The notes beneath the pieces were generated by a model, which made no database searches, was not told where the DNA came from, and was given only the letters and a program-made list of their open reading frames with translations. A stretch of DNA of 64,000 nt, taken from contig NW_003314326.1 of the NCBI RefSeq assembly GCF_000143415.4, positions 682,001 to 746,000 of the forward strand. Direction: 5' to 3'. The translations under genes were made by a program, and so were the position numbers. Of the stretch, positions 12,946 to 23,944 are shown one piece after another. The DNA comes from Selaginella moellendorffii. Its lineage: Eukaryota; Plantae; Lycopodiophyta. How positions within the stretch are numbered: position 1 is the stretch's first letter; each line of letters opens with the position of its first letter.

Positions 12946-14163
12946 AGATTGCTCTAAGTTTAAGCTTGTTTAAGTTTTCTAGTTTAGCAACTCTTTGCTT
13001 AAGACCTTTTTTTCGTCTAGGCCATTTTTAATTGTGATATGCAAAAAGGGAATTATAAATTCCATAAGCGGTAAAGCTTCCTGGCCATAAGTAAGACAAA
13101 ATAGTGTCATGCCTGTGATTACTTTATATGCAATCCTATAAACCCACAAAGCATCTAGGATTTACTTGTCTTAATCTTTTTTATTGTCGTTTACAATCTT
13201 TTTTAAGATATTCTTAAGCACTTTGTTAATAGATCCAACCTGGCCATTCCCTTACGGGTAATATAACATGGACTTTTTGTGCTTGAGGATAAATTCTTGT
13301 ATAAAAATTTCTATTGTTTCATTGATGAAATGGGTGCCTTTATCTATGATGATTTCTTTGGGCAAACCAAATCTTACAATGATGTTTTCATAAAAGAATT
13401 TGGTAGTGTTAGCAGCTGTGGCCTATTTCATAAGCATAGTTTCTATTCATTTTGTCAAGACCCCCAACAAAATCAAGATTGGAAAATGTAGAAGACAAAG
13501 AGAAAAGCTAGTGGAAACGAAGGAGACACTTTAGACTGGCATTGATTTAGATTGTGGAGAAATGGAACAAGGTTAACCTATATATACTATAGGTTGATGA
13601 TGCTCCACCACTCTTGGATCGAGGACGGCCTAGATATAGCTGAGGTCGACGAGGCACCACGTCATCATCAGGAATGTGGTTCGAGACTTAGGAATCATAT
13701 GGGAAATCAGAGAGTCAAGAATAGGGAAGTGTCTTGAGAGTTAGGAATGTGGTCTACAGGTCAGGAATCTGGCAAGAGTCAGGAATGTGGCAAGAATTGG
13801 GGGATTCCTGACAACACCCCCTCCTCAAGAACAAGTGGAATGAGGATGTGAATGAGAACAAAGAGGAGGATGAGATGGGCGGGGAGGGACGGGAGATGGA
13901 GAATGAAAAGAATGAGGACTGGGATGAGAAGGATAGCAGCGGTGGAAGTCCTGAATAAGGTCAGGAGAATGAATTAGGTTGTCCGCAGGTTCCCAAGTGC
14001 GTTCCTCAGCTCCGTAACCCTTCTAGTCTACAAGATAGTAAAGTTTAGACCGTGAGATCTTGGAATCAAGGATGTCCTGAACCTCATACTCAGACCCATC
14101 CTCGAGCTACACTAGTGGAGGCAGAGGAATGACCGAATTTGGAATAGAACTAGGAATATAAGG

Positions 14164-17100
14164 TGTAAGCTCCTGAGTTTGGACTTTCCGGGAGGTCACC
14201 CAGCCTAGTACTATTCAAACCCAAGGATGCTTAACTCCACTATCCCAAGACCCTTAACCTTTGGAAAAGGGGGTGCACTCTTGTTCATGGGCCCTTTCCC
14301 TCTATATTTGAACCCCTATGGATCGTCTCTTAAGTTGTTCTCTTTGGTTGCTTACAATCCACCACGCTTCCCTGCAAGTTCAAGCCCTCGTGAACGGAAG
14401 CTGAGAGCCCCAGCTCTCCCGAGAGCCCTGCTCTCTTGACACCCTACCCCTTGGGTCGAGCCCAGCAGGAGCAAACTGGACCAGCCAGATGTCAATCAAC
14501 ATGTGGTGTGATTCCCCTAGCCAACCAACAGAGTCGGACACGAGACTGCTCCGATACCAAATGTAAGCTCCTGAGTTTGGACTTCCCGGGAGGTCACCTA
14601 GCCCAGTACTATTCAAACCCAAGGACGCTTAACTCCACTATCCCAAGACCCTTAACCAATTGGAAAAGGGGGTGCACTTTTGTTCATGGGCCCTTTCCCT
14701 CTATATTTGAACCTGTAAGCCACAAATTTTTCCTTTCCAATTTGCTAGCTTACCTCGTCTATCCGTCCAACACTGCCTTGGCTTTTGCTAAGTTCCCTTG
14801 CCAAGGTTCTCGCCTATGGTACCAGCTCCTACTTGGTTTCAGCTACTCACTACACGAGCAACGGAGTGTTAGCCATCCTTCCACGGATTCCCAAATCACT
14901 CCCAATCCCCCTCCCCGGGTTAGACTGGACTTAAGGTTCGGCTACACTCCCCGCAAGCACAAGCAGCCAAGCACACCAAGCTTCCAGGTTCCTAACATCC
15001 CTTGGTACCACAAGACTTGATCATGGGACCCTCTAAATCCCAAGTCTTGAGTGCAACACTTGCTTCGGGACGTCGGGGCGAAACACCGTGGCCTAGCGGC
15101 CCGGTATGGGTACCTCTCGCCCCCCACTTCCATCCCGAAGGAAGGCCCAAGCCCCTAGGAAGGGCGAGGACCAATGAGCCGCATAGTACTCAAGTGGGGC
15201 ACCACTCCACATGAGCCGGGAGCACCGCAATCGGTTTCCCTTTCGGGAGTGGGAGCTACTCTTGAGCACTTCCTTGGATGGCCCCTCCGGCACCAGCCAA
15301 GTCCATGCTCACTCCCACCCAAGGCCCCTTGGTCCCAGTCTCAACCTCAAGTCGGTTTAGGAGCTCCACTGGAGAGTCCCTTCAAAACTGGTTCCTGGAC
15401 CTCACTATCCCTACTATACTTTTGGAACCCCCTGCAGCCCCCCCCCCCCTGGGAGACACATGCTTTGGGCTTTCACCCCTTGACCCGTATTAGTACTGGG
15501 ACTTAGTCTCTGGCTCGATCTCGGATCCGATTTCGGATCCGACTTCGGATTCGGTCTCGGATTCGATCTCGGACTCGATCTCGGACCCGACCTCGGACTC
15601 GACCTCGGACTCGGTCTCGGACCCGATTTCAGATCTCGGACTCCGTCTCGAACTCGGTCTCGAACTCGGACTCGAACTCGGTCCCCGAGTCGGTCTTGGA
15701 CTCGATTCCGGACTCTATCTCGAACTCGGTCCTAGAGTCGGTCTTGGACTCGATCTTTGACTTGGTCCCATCCGATGAACTCTTTGTCATTTTGGTCATG
15801 CTTTCGGGGTTCCTTTAGCCTACGACACCTCGGCGAGTTGGTTCCTTACAACTCCACCACCCATAGAAGAAGTTCGATGCCCACATCGAACGTCTCTTTT
15901 TTATCCTACGACTTGTTGACCATGTCTCCGGGGGCATCCCCCCACTTAGCGGTGTGCCTAAGTCAGCCTCCCCGGCCAAGAGCCCATGACAACGGAATAT
16001 AGGTGTCCCTATACTCCTCACCTCACCACGCCCTAGTATGGGGTCGGGACTTGAACCCAGCCTTGCTTTACTAGGGGGTTGGGACTCGAACCCAACCTCT
16101 GTAGAATACGTCTACGGATTCGACATCCCCGCAAGGAGTTAGGCGTAGCTCCCTACGCCTGGTTGACCTAGCTAACCCATGCTAATTAGCTTACCTTCGG
16201 CGCGCCTTCGGGTCCCAACATATGCCATTGCTCAACTTCTCAAATTGATACTTTTAATTGAACTTTGCATAAGTACATAGAGTTCTACCATGCAGAAATT
16301 CCTCCACAAGATCTCGCGCGTTTGCTAGGTTCTCCTCCGGTTCCCATGTTGCTTCGCAGTGTGGAAATCCTTTCCACTTCACATGGAACTCTCTCACCTC
16401 GCGTCCTTGTCGCTTGCTCTTGCGCGCATTGAGGATGGCCTCGACTTCGTATTCCTCCTCCCCTTGGATAACCTCAGGTAAAGGTCTTACTTGGTCCTTG
16501 CGAAGCGGATCCTCAAAATACGGCTTGAGTAAGTTCACATGGAACACGGGATGCATCTTCCCCATCTCTCGAGGAAGTCGGAGACGGTAAGCCACTTTAC
16601 CGATTCGAGCCTCAATCTCGTAAGGCCCCGCGAACCTGCTTAAGGAACTCAAGATCAATTCATTTACAGGAATACATGCATTTTTACCTTTGGGTCAACT
16701 TTCGGCTAATCCCACTTGGTAGCCTGAGGTTCTTGGTGTTCAGCCACACCTTCTCCCCAGCTTGGAACTCCACATCCCGTGTTCAACCACACCTTTTCCC
16801 TAGGTTGGAACTTTACATCTTGGCACTTTTGGTTCGCGTACTTAGTTTGTCTTTGTTGAGCCCGTTCCAAGGAATCCCTCACTAGATTCCAAATGTTGAG
16901 TCTTTTCGCCGTGAATGCCTCCACTGCGGGTAACTCTCCATGATACTCGGCCATGCCGAGTTCCACAGGACCTTCAATAGCTCGCCCATTGATGACTTCC
17001 CATGGACTCACCCCGATGCTCGAATGTGGTGAGTTGTTATAACACATTTCCGCAAGTCCCAAATGACTTACCCAGTCGGTCTGGTCTCCCGAGACATAGC

Positions 17101-17888
17101 ATCGCAAATAATCCTCCAGCTGCCTATTCACCCTTTCCATTTGTCCGTCTGTCAAGAAGTGTTAGTGCCATCAATCTTGACTTAATACCCATTACCTGTC
17201 TGTGGGTGATAGGCTGTGCTGAATTTCAACTTGGTGCGATACTGTTCTAGGAGTGTCCTCCAGAACCTACTGGTGAAGATCTTATCTCGATCTGAGATAA
17301 TCTCTTCCGGCCTTCCCCGCACTCGAACCACTTGTTCGAAGAACAGCTTCGCCACACCTTCCGTTGCGCCACACCTTCTCTCGAGTTGTTCCCTTTGGTT
17401 GCTTACAATCCACCACGCTTCCCTACAAGTTCACGCCCTCGTGAACAAAAGCTGAGAGCCGCAGCTCTCCCGAGAGCCTCGCTCTCTTGACACCCTACCC
17501 CTCGGGTCGAGCCCAGCTCTCTTGACACCCTACCCCTCGGGTCGAGCCCAGCGGGAGCAAATTGGACCAGCCAGATGTCAATCAACATGTGGTGTGATTC
17601 CCCTAGCCAACCAACAGAGTCGGACCCGAGACCCCTCTGATACCAAATGTAAGCTCCTAAATTTGGACTTCCCGGGAGGTCACCCAGCCCAGTACTATTC
17701 AAACCCAAAGACGCTTAACTCCAACTATCCCAAGACCCTTGACCGATTGGAAAAGGGGGTGCACTCTTGTTCATGGGCCCTTTCCCTCTATATTTGAACC
17801 CCATGGACCATCTCTCGAGTCGTTCCCTTTGGTTGCTTACAGAACCCCTATGGATCGTCTCTCAAGTCGTTCTTTTTGGTTGCTTACA
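14164..17888 (-). mobile_element. Cassandra-type TRIM (5S rRNA promoter in LTRs), with one LTR interrupted at 14714-17841
   Basis: ~193-bp LTRs 14164-14356 and 14562-14713+17847-17888, TSD TAAGG, PBS TGGTATCGGAGC (rc 14548-14559), PPT next to 14357. The LTR minus strand AGTTAAGCATCCTTGGGTTTGAATAGTACTAGGCTGGGTGACCTCCCGGAAAGTCC matches the plant 5S rRNA internal promoter (A box to C box). Confidence 0.9.
14714..17841 (-). mobile_element. Chimeric insertion: Cassandra 5' part (17379-17841) joined to a family-E chromovirus 3' part (integrase, chromodomain, 3' LTR 14714-15850)
   Basis: GAACC flanks both ends (14709-14713 and 17842-17846). The left end is the E LTR terminus and the right end is a Cassandra LTR terminus. 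Chromodomain ORF 16254-16658 (EEEYEVEAIL..VKWKGF..TWEPEENL). Confidence 0.85.
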
Positions 17889-20800
17889 TAAGGCTTAAGA
17901 AGAGAGGAGTGAAAAAGGGGTGAATTTGATATAAGGAGGGAAGTGCAAGGTGATAGGTGATAGGATTAATGATAGCAGTGATAGGGAAGGACCGAGGTGC
18001 TTAAAATCAAGTTTGGGACATGGCCTGGTGGTGGAGATAGCTAGACTTTATCCCCTTTATTGTAAGGGGGACAATCCTGACGATGGACATTGGCAAATGT
18101 TTTGTGAGATTCCTGAGCACGATGGAGGTGGAAGGAGATGGAGTTGTGGATTTCTTGGAGGTTGGAGACAAATACCTCAAAGTGGGGATTTGAACGAGAG
18201 GATTTGGATGGAGAAGGAAGTGAGAGATTGAATCAGGGATTTCGGCCAGAATTTGCAAAGAAGGGGGAAACTCAAAGGGAGGAGTGAACAGAGTTGTTAC
18301 AGGAGAACTCAGCAAGGGGAAGGATATCAAACCAGTCATTCTAATGATAGTTGATGAAGCACCTCAGGAATTGTTCCAACATCTGAATCGTTCGCTCGGA
18401 CTGTCCATCAGTTTGAGGATGATACACTGAAGCGAGGTTAGCCTTCACTCCAAGCAACTGATAAAACCGTTGCTAGAAATGAGAGATGAACTGAGGTCCC
18501 CAATCCAAAACCACATTTACAAGAATTCCATGAAGTCGGAAAATTTCCCTAAATACCAATTTTGCCATGTCTTCGCCCGAAAACTCCTTGGTACACAGCA
18601 GGAAGTGCGCCATCTTTGTGAAGTGATCCACCACAACTAAAATGCTGTTGAAGCCTCCAGAACTCAGAAGATCACTCAAGAAATCCATAGAGATGGATTC
18701 CGAGGAACCTGAAGGGACAGGGAGGGAATGAAACAAATCTGAAGGAAGGTGGTGAGGGACCTTATTCTAGGCGCAAGTGTCACAGGAGGTAACAAAAGCT
18801 TTGATGTAGTCGTCTATGTGAGGCCACCAAAAGTCTTGTGCAACCAGCTCATAGGTTTTTGCAATGCCAAAGTGACCAGCAGTCGGGCTATCATGGCACG
18901 CCCATATGAAGGCTGATATCGGCCAATGCATAGAAGGAATAGGCCTAAAAATTATCAGCTCGTCAAGAGGCAACCCGAATGAAATGGAGCATACGCACTG
19001 CGCAAAGAGGCAAAGACGCGATGCCAGTGTGAGGACCACCCAGGGAGACCATATTGGTAACCTGAAGTAGCATATGAGTTAGTTAGATTACATCTAGGGT
19101 ACCATAGCGGACTTACAGGAGGTCCATCACACCATTCAATCAATCCTCTTCCTATCAAGTTTCCCTGTGGAAAACATGAACACGGTAATGATAGAGATGT
19201 GGTTTCGTCGTTCAGGCTCTACCTGGGAAAGACCACTCGACGGGTGCTCCTTCTCCTTCCTTTGGTTTCTCTTCAATTTTCTTTCGTGGATTGTTGTTTG
19301 TCAAGTACTTCAGGACCAACCTTTGAGCATCACCTTCAGAAACGTAAAGCTGCTACCCACGGTACAATAAGCCATCTAAGAACTCGAACTCGTCAAATCG
19401 CCGGTAGTCAGGAGTCACTGGGTGTCCAGCTTGAAGATGGAGGAAAATGTCACTGGCGAGGTCGTCAGATTGAAGATCGTTTCTGATTGCATCCATCAAG
19501 GAGGAGTCCTGAGGGGCCAAAGAAATTGCCATAACTTGAAGCCGATCAGGACCGAGGATAACCTAATCCTGTTGATCGGAGGTAGGATTACAAGGCCTGA
19601 GACTGAGATAGGAGCGCCTTGAAAGAGCATCAGGAAGGCCATGAAGCTTTCTAGGTCTGTACTTGATAACAAAGTCAAACCGACTTAGAAATTGTGCCCA
19701 CCTTGCTTGACGACGGCTCAAAACTCGGGAAGTGGCAAAGTACTCAAGATTTTTATGATCAGTCTAGACCATTGTTTGATGGCTCGCCCCCTCCAAGAAA
19801 CGACGCCACTCTCCAAAGGAATCCACGATGGCAAGGAGCTCCTTGTCGTGGATTTCGTAATTGATCTCTACAAGCTAGAATTTCCGAGAATGGAAAGTGA
19901 CCAGATGAAATTCTTGATCTGCTCTGAGTTGAGACAGTACAGCACCAAAGGCAAAGTTGGAGGCATCTGCCTCGATGAAGAAAGGTTGTGAGGGATCAGC
20001 GTGGATCAAGACGGGAGCAAAACTGAAGGCCACCTTGAGTGTGTCGAAGGCCTGCTGGGTAGCAGTAGACCAAGAGAAGGAAACATCCTTGCAAGTGAGA
20101 TGCATGAGAGGAAGGACAATGTCGAAGTAGTGATCAATGAATTTGCAGTAGAAGTTGGTGAAGCCAAGGAAAACGTGAACATCTGACATTAATTGTGGAG
20201 GCTCCCATTCGAGAATAGTCTTGACTTTGGCATGATCCATCGTGATACCCTCAGGAGTGATAATGTACCCAAGGAACTCCACAGACTCCTAATCGAATGA
20301 ACATTTCTCAAGCTTCGCGTTTAAGCCGTGTTCTCGTAGCTTCGCCAGCACCTTGCGCACATGCTCGTTGTGCTCCTCTTGAGTTTTTTAGTAAATGAGG
20401 ATGTCGTCGAGGTAGACAATCACCATCTGATCAAGAAACTCCCAAAAGACATTGTTTGCCATGTGTTGGAAAACTGCTGGAGCATTTGTCAAGCCAAACG
20501 GCATGACAGTGTACTCGAAGTGGCTATAGCGGGTTCGGAACGCAATCTTCCATTCATCACCAAGCCAAATCCGGATCAGGTTGTATGCTCCACAGAGGTT
20601 GATCTTAGTGAAGAAGCAGGCACCGCCAAGGTGTTCCAATAGGTCCGAGATTAGGGGCAGCAGATAACAGTTCTGAATAGTCACCTGGTTCAAACCTCAG
20701 TAGTCGATGACTAATTGCAAACTCCCATCCTTCTTCTTGACAAAGAAGTCAGGCGCTCCATCCAGGGATTGCGAATGTTGAATGTACCCCAAGGCAAGGT

Positions 20801-23635
20801 TCTCATCCACTTACTCTTTGAGGGCCTTAAGCTCGGACAGGGATAACCCATAGATATGCCCCCATGGAGGTGATGCTCCTTCCTATAAATCAATGGGACA
20901 GTCGTAAGGCTGAGGAATAGGCAGTACACTAGCTTTTTTCTTGTCAAACACATCCCCAAAATCATGATACTTCTCAGGAAGACTGATAGGAGAAACATGC
21001 AAAGAAAAAAGGAAAACAGATTCTTCATGAAAGAGTTCTTACATAGTGATTGTGGAGATAGGAGGAGGTGTATGATTGAATGGAATGATGAGACGAGGAT
21101 ACTATTCAGTGTAAGATGGAAGAGAGGGAAAAGAAGAGGGTGAAAATTTCGTAGAGTCAGGAACAAAACCCCGATTTGAGTTTAGGGAACTTTTCCTAAT
21201 TTGGACTCGATGAATAGCAGGGGAAGATGTGGGAGATGGTGACGTGGGAGAGACAAGCTGTAATTCCTTCCTACAAATATGAGGCTGGTGCAGTTGGAAC
21301 CAAGGAAGGCCGAGCACCACAAAGGAGGACTTACTGTTGATGATGTTGAAGGTGATATCGATGATGTGGACCTGATGTGTACTTGAACGGGCAACGTTTC
21401 CTTAAGTCCAGAAGATGGAGACACAAAATGCTCGCCAATGCCTTCAACCCTCAGATCCCATATGGTAGGAAAAAGAGGAATGTGATGTCGTGCAGCAAAG
21501 TCCGTGTCCATGAAGCAGGAAGTTGCACCCGAGTCTAGTAGTGCCAGAGCCTTGAGTTTTGATTGTCCGGTGAAAGAAAGGAGACATGGAATGCGGAAGT
21601 TGCGGGAATTGGTGGTGGCTTTGATGAAAGTTGGTGAGGAACTTGATAAAGAAGAAAAGTGATTTTTATTCAGGGAGTCCAAACAGATAGCTCCTACTCT
21701 ATTTGGACAGGGTTATTTCCCAACTGCAATAGAGGTGGACCTTGAGGTAGAGTGAACTCGAGCAGTCGAGGAGGCTTCTTGGGACACACAGCTGCTTTGT
21801 GATTAGGATCAGCATAGTAGAGGCAAAGATTATGAGATACTCAATGTTGCTTCTCAACAGCACTCAACTTCCCTCTGATGAGTCAGGGAGTACCAGAAAT
21901 ATCCATTGGGACCGGAGCAATAGGTTCAGGAGTAACCCGAAGACTCAAGTTGGGAATTTTGAGTCTGGGACGGGAAAACGACGACATGGCGACTTTCCTA
22001 ATGTCGTTCAAAGAGATGATTGTTGCATCAAACAGCTTTGTTGATGGCATCTGACAAGTCTGTGGGATCCTCCATGGTGAGCAACAAATCCTTGACACCG
22101 TTGTTGAGGCTAAAACGAAATTGATCAATCAGGGCCTGCTTATCCCACTGAGTGTCCAAGGCAAGGAGTTGGAACTCCGCAGCATAGATCAAGGTAGGAC
22201 AAGACCCCTAAGAGAGATGTCTCATCTTTGTGGTGGCAGCCCAAACCTGATCTGTCTCACCAAAACATGCTTCGAGCTTCTTTTTGAACAACCGAAGATC
22301 CATCAGCTCTGGAACCACGACCCCTTTCATGCTCTTCTCCATGAGAGGAGAAAACCATGACAAAGCTGCACCTTCAAGCAACATCCCAATCGCGCCAATT
22401 TGAGACTTAGAAGTGGGGTACTGCCGATGTTGAAGTGCGAAGATTAGCTCCATCTGGTTCAGGAATCTGTGAAGCTCCGAATGTTTGCCTAAGAACTTCG
22501 CCGGGAAACTCACCTTCGGCTCAAGAACTCTACTTGATCCTTGAGCTGAAAGTGAAGCAAGCACCTATTGCATGTGAAGAAGGGTTGCCTTCAGCTCGGT
22601 ATTCTTAGACTAGATTTTTGCAAAGACTTCAGCAAAAAAATCAGGATGGCTTGGAGACTCCATCGGCAAAGAAGAAAGAAAAAGGGGGAAAAAGGGGGAA
22701 AAAGGCAAAGGCAGTCAAACAATCAAAACAAGCTAAAGCAAAAGCAAAAAACACAACCTGAATCAAACTGTCAGGACCTCTAACAAGATCAGGACTGGAA
22801 AATGCAGAAGACAAAGAGAAAAGCTTGTGGAAACGAATAAAAAGCCTTAAACTGGCATTGATTCAGATTGTGGAGAAATGGAACAAGGCTAACCTATATA
22901 TACTATAGGTTGATGGATCAAGGACGGCCTAAATATAGTTGAGGTCAAGGAGGCGCCACATCATCATGAGGAATGTGGTTTGAAACTCAGGAATCATACA
23001 AGAAATTAGAGAGTCAGGAATAGGGAAGTGTCTCGAGAGTCAGGAATGTGGTCTGTGGGTCAAGAATCCGGTGAAAGTCAAGAATGTGGCAAGAATTAGG
23101 GGATTCCTAACACATTTAGTCACATAATTAGTGGTGACTAAAATGTATTTGTTCCTCTTATTGCTTGTTATTATAAATTCTACAAAATCCAATCCCCATT
23201 TATGAAATGCTTCATATGGATAGGTAGGATTTAGTTCGTGGATTTGTTTTTTAGACTGCAATTTATTCATTTAGCAAATATCATAATTTTTGCAAAAAAT
23301 TGTTGTGTCTTTCTAAAGTGTAGGCCACTACAACCCTACTTATAAAACTTTACTTGCAGTGATTTCATCTACAAAATGGCCTCCTAATGGGTTAAATGAG
23401 CTTCTTTTAGGATTTCACTCCTTCTTGCTTATTAACATATCTCCTTAGTGTTCTATTGATGCCTAATTTATATAGATGCTTCCCCACGACAGAGTAAGGT
23501 TGTGTCCTTAAAATAAATTTCTCTGGTGAGTTATAGTGAGCTGGAATAGTGCTTGTAAAAAGATAGATTTATATATCTTCCAACCAAGTGGTAGGCACAG
23601 TGATTGCAAATAAGTGAACATCTAGGAGTTCGTCC

Positions 23636-23649
23636 GGTTTAGGGTTTAG
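23636..23649. repeat. Telomeric-repeat filler at an RNase H deletion junction
   Basis: ggtttagggtttag lies between the RNase H start (PNWTKEFHLLVDTFDIVTDAL) and the post-RNase H linker (DELLDVHLFAI) on the minus strand. Confidence 0.6.
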
Positions 23650-23944
23650 AGCATCTGTAACAATATCAAAAGTATCCACTAGTAGGTGAAACTCTTTTGT
23701 CCAATTTGGCTTAACAAGTATAAGTGTCTTTTTAAGGCATTGTTTAAGTCTTAAAAATTCTTTTATATAAATGAAATATCTTTCTTTAAAAGATCAGTAA
23801 ATGGCTTGGCAATTTTTGTGTTAGCTTTTATAAAACGCTTATAATACCCAATATTGCTTTGAAAGCAACATAGACTTTTCAAATTATGTGGTAGATAAAT
23901 TATTTTAATTACTTGAGTTTTGCTTTTGTCTACAAGGATGCCTT

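Larger units (their letters stand above)
13453..23112 (-). mobile_element. Full-length degenerate Tcn1/Tf1-like chromovirus (family B)
   Basis: LTRs 13453-13813 and 22769-23112 (TG..CA), TSD CATTT on both sides, PPT at 13814-13828. Gag 'EPKVSFPAKF..FLNQMELIFALQ', protease [18 protein letters not shown], RNase H 'EADASNFAFGAVLSQ', integrase 'CHDSPTAGHFG..CDTC' and 'ISMDF', chromodomain at ~13920-14092 (EYEVQDILDS..TWEP). Many stops. Confidence 0.92.

Noticed and set aside
14181-14236. 5S rRNA gene
   Set aside because: Only the ~55-nt internal promoter part is present, embedded in TRIM LTRs; not a full 5S gene.
18900-19303. ~400-bp non-pol segment interrupting the chromovirus B integrase start
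   Set aside because: Probably an insertion, but termini and TSD are too degenerate to classify.
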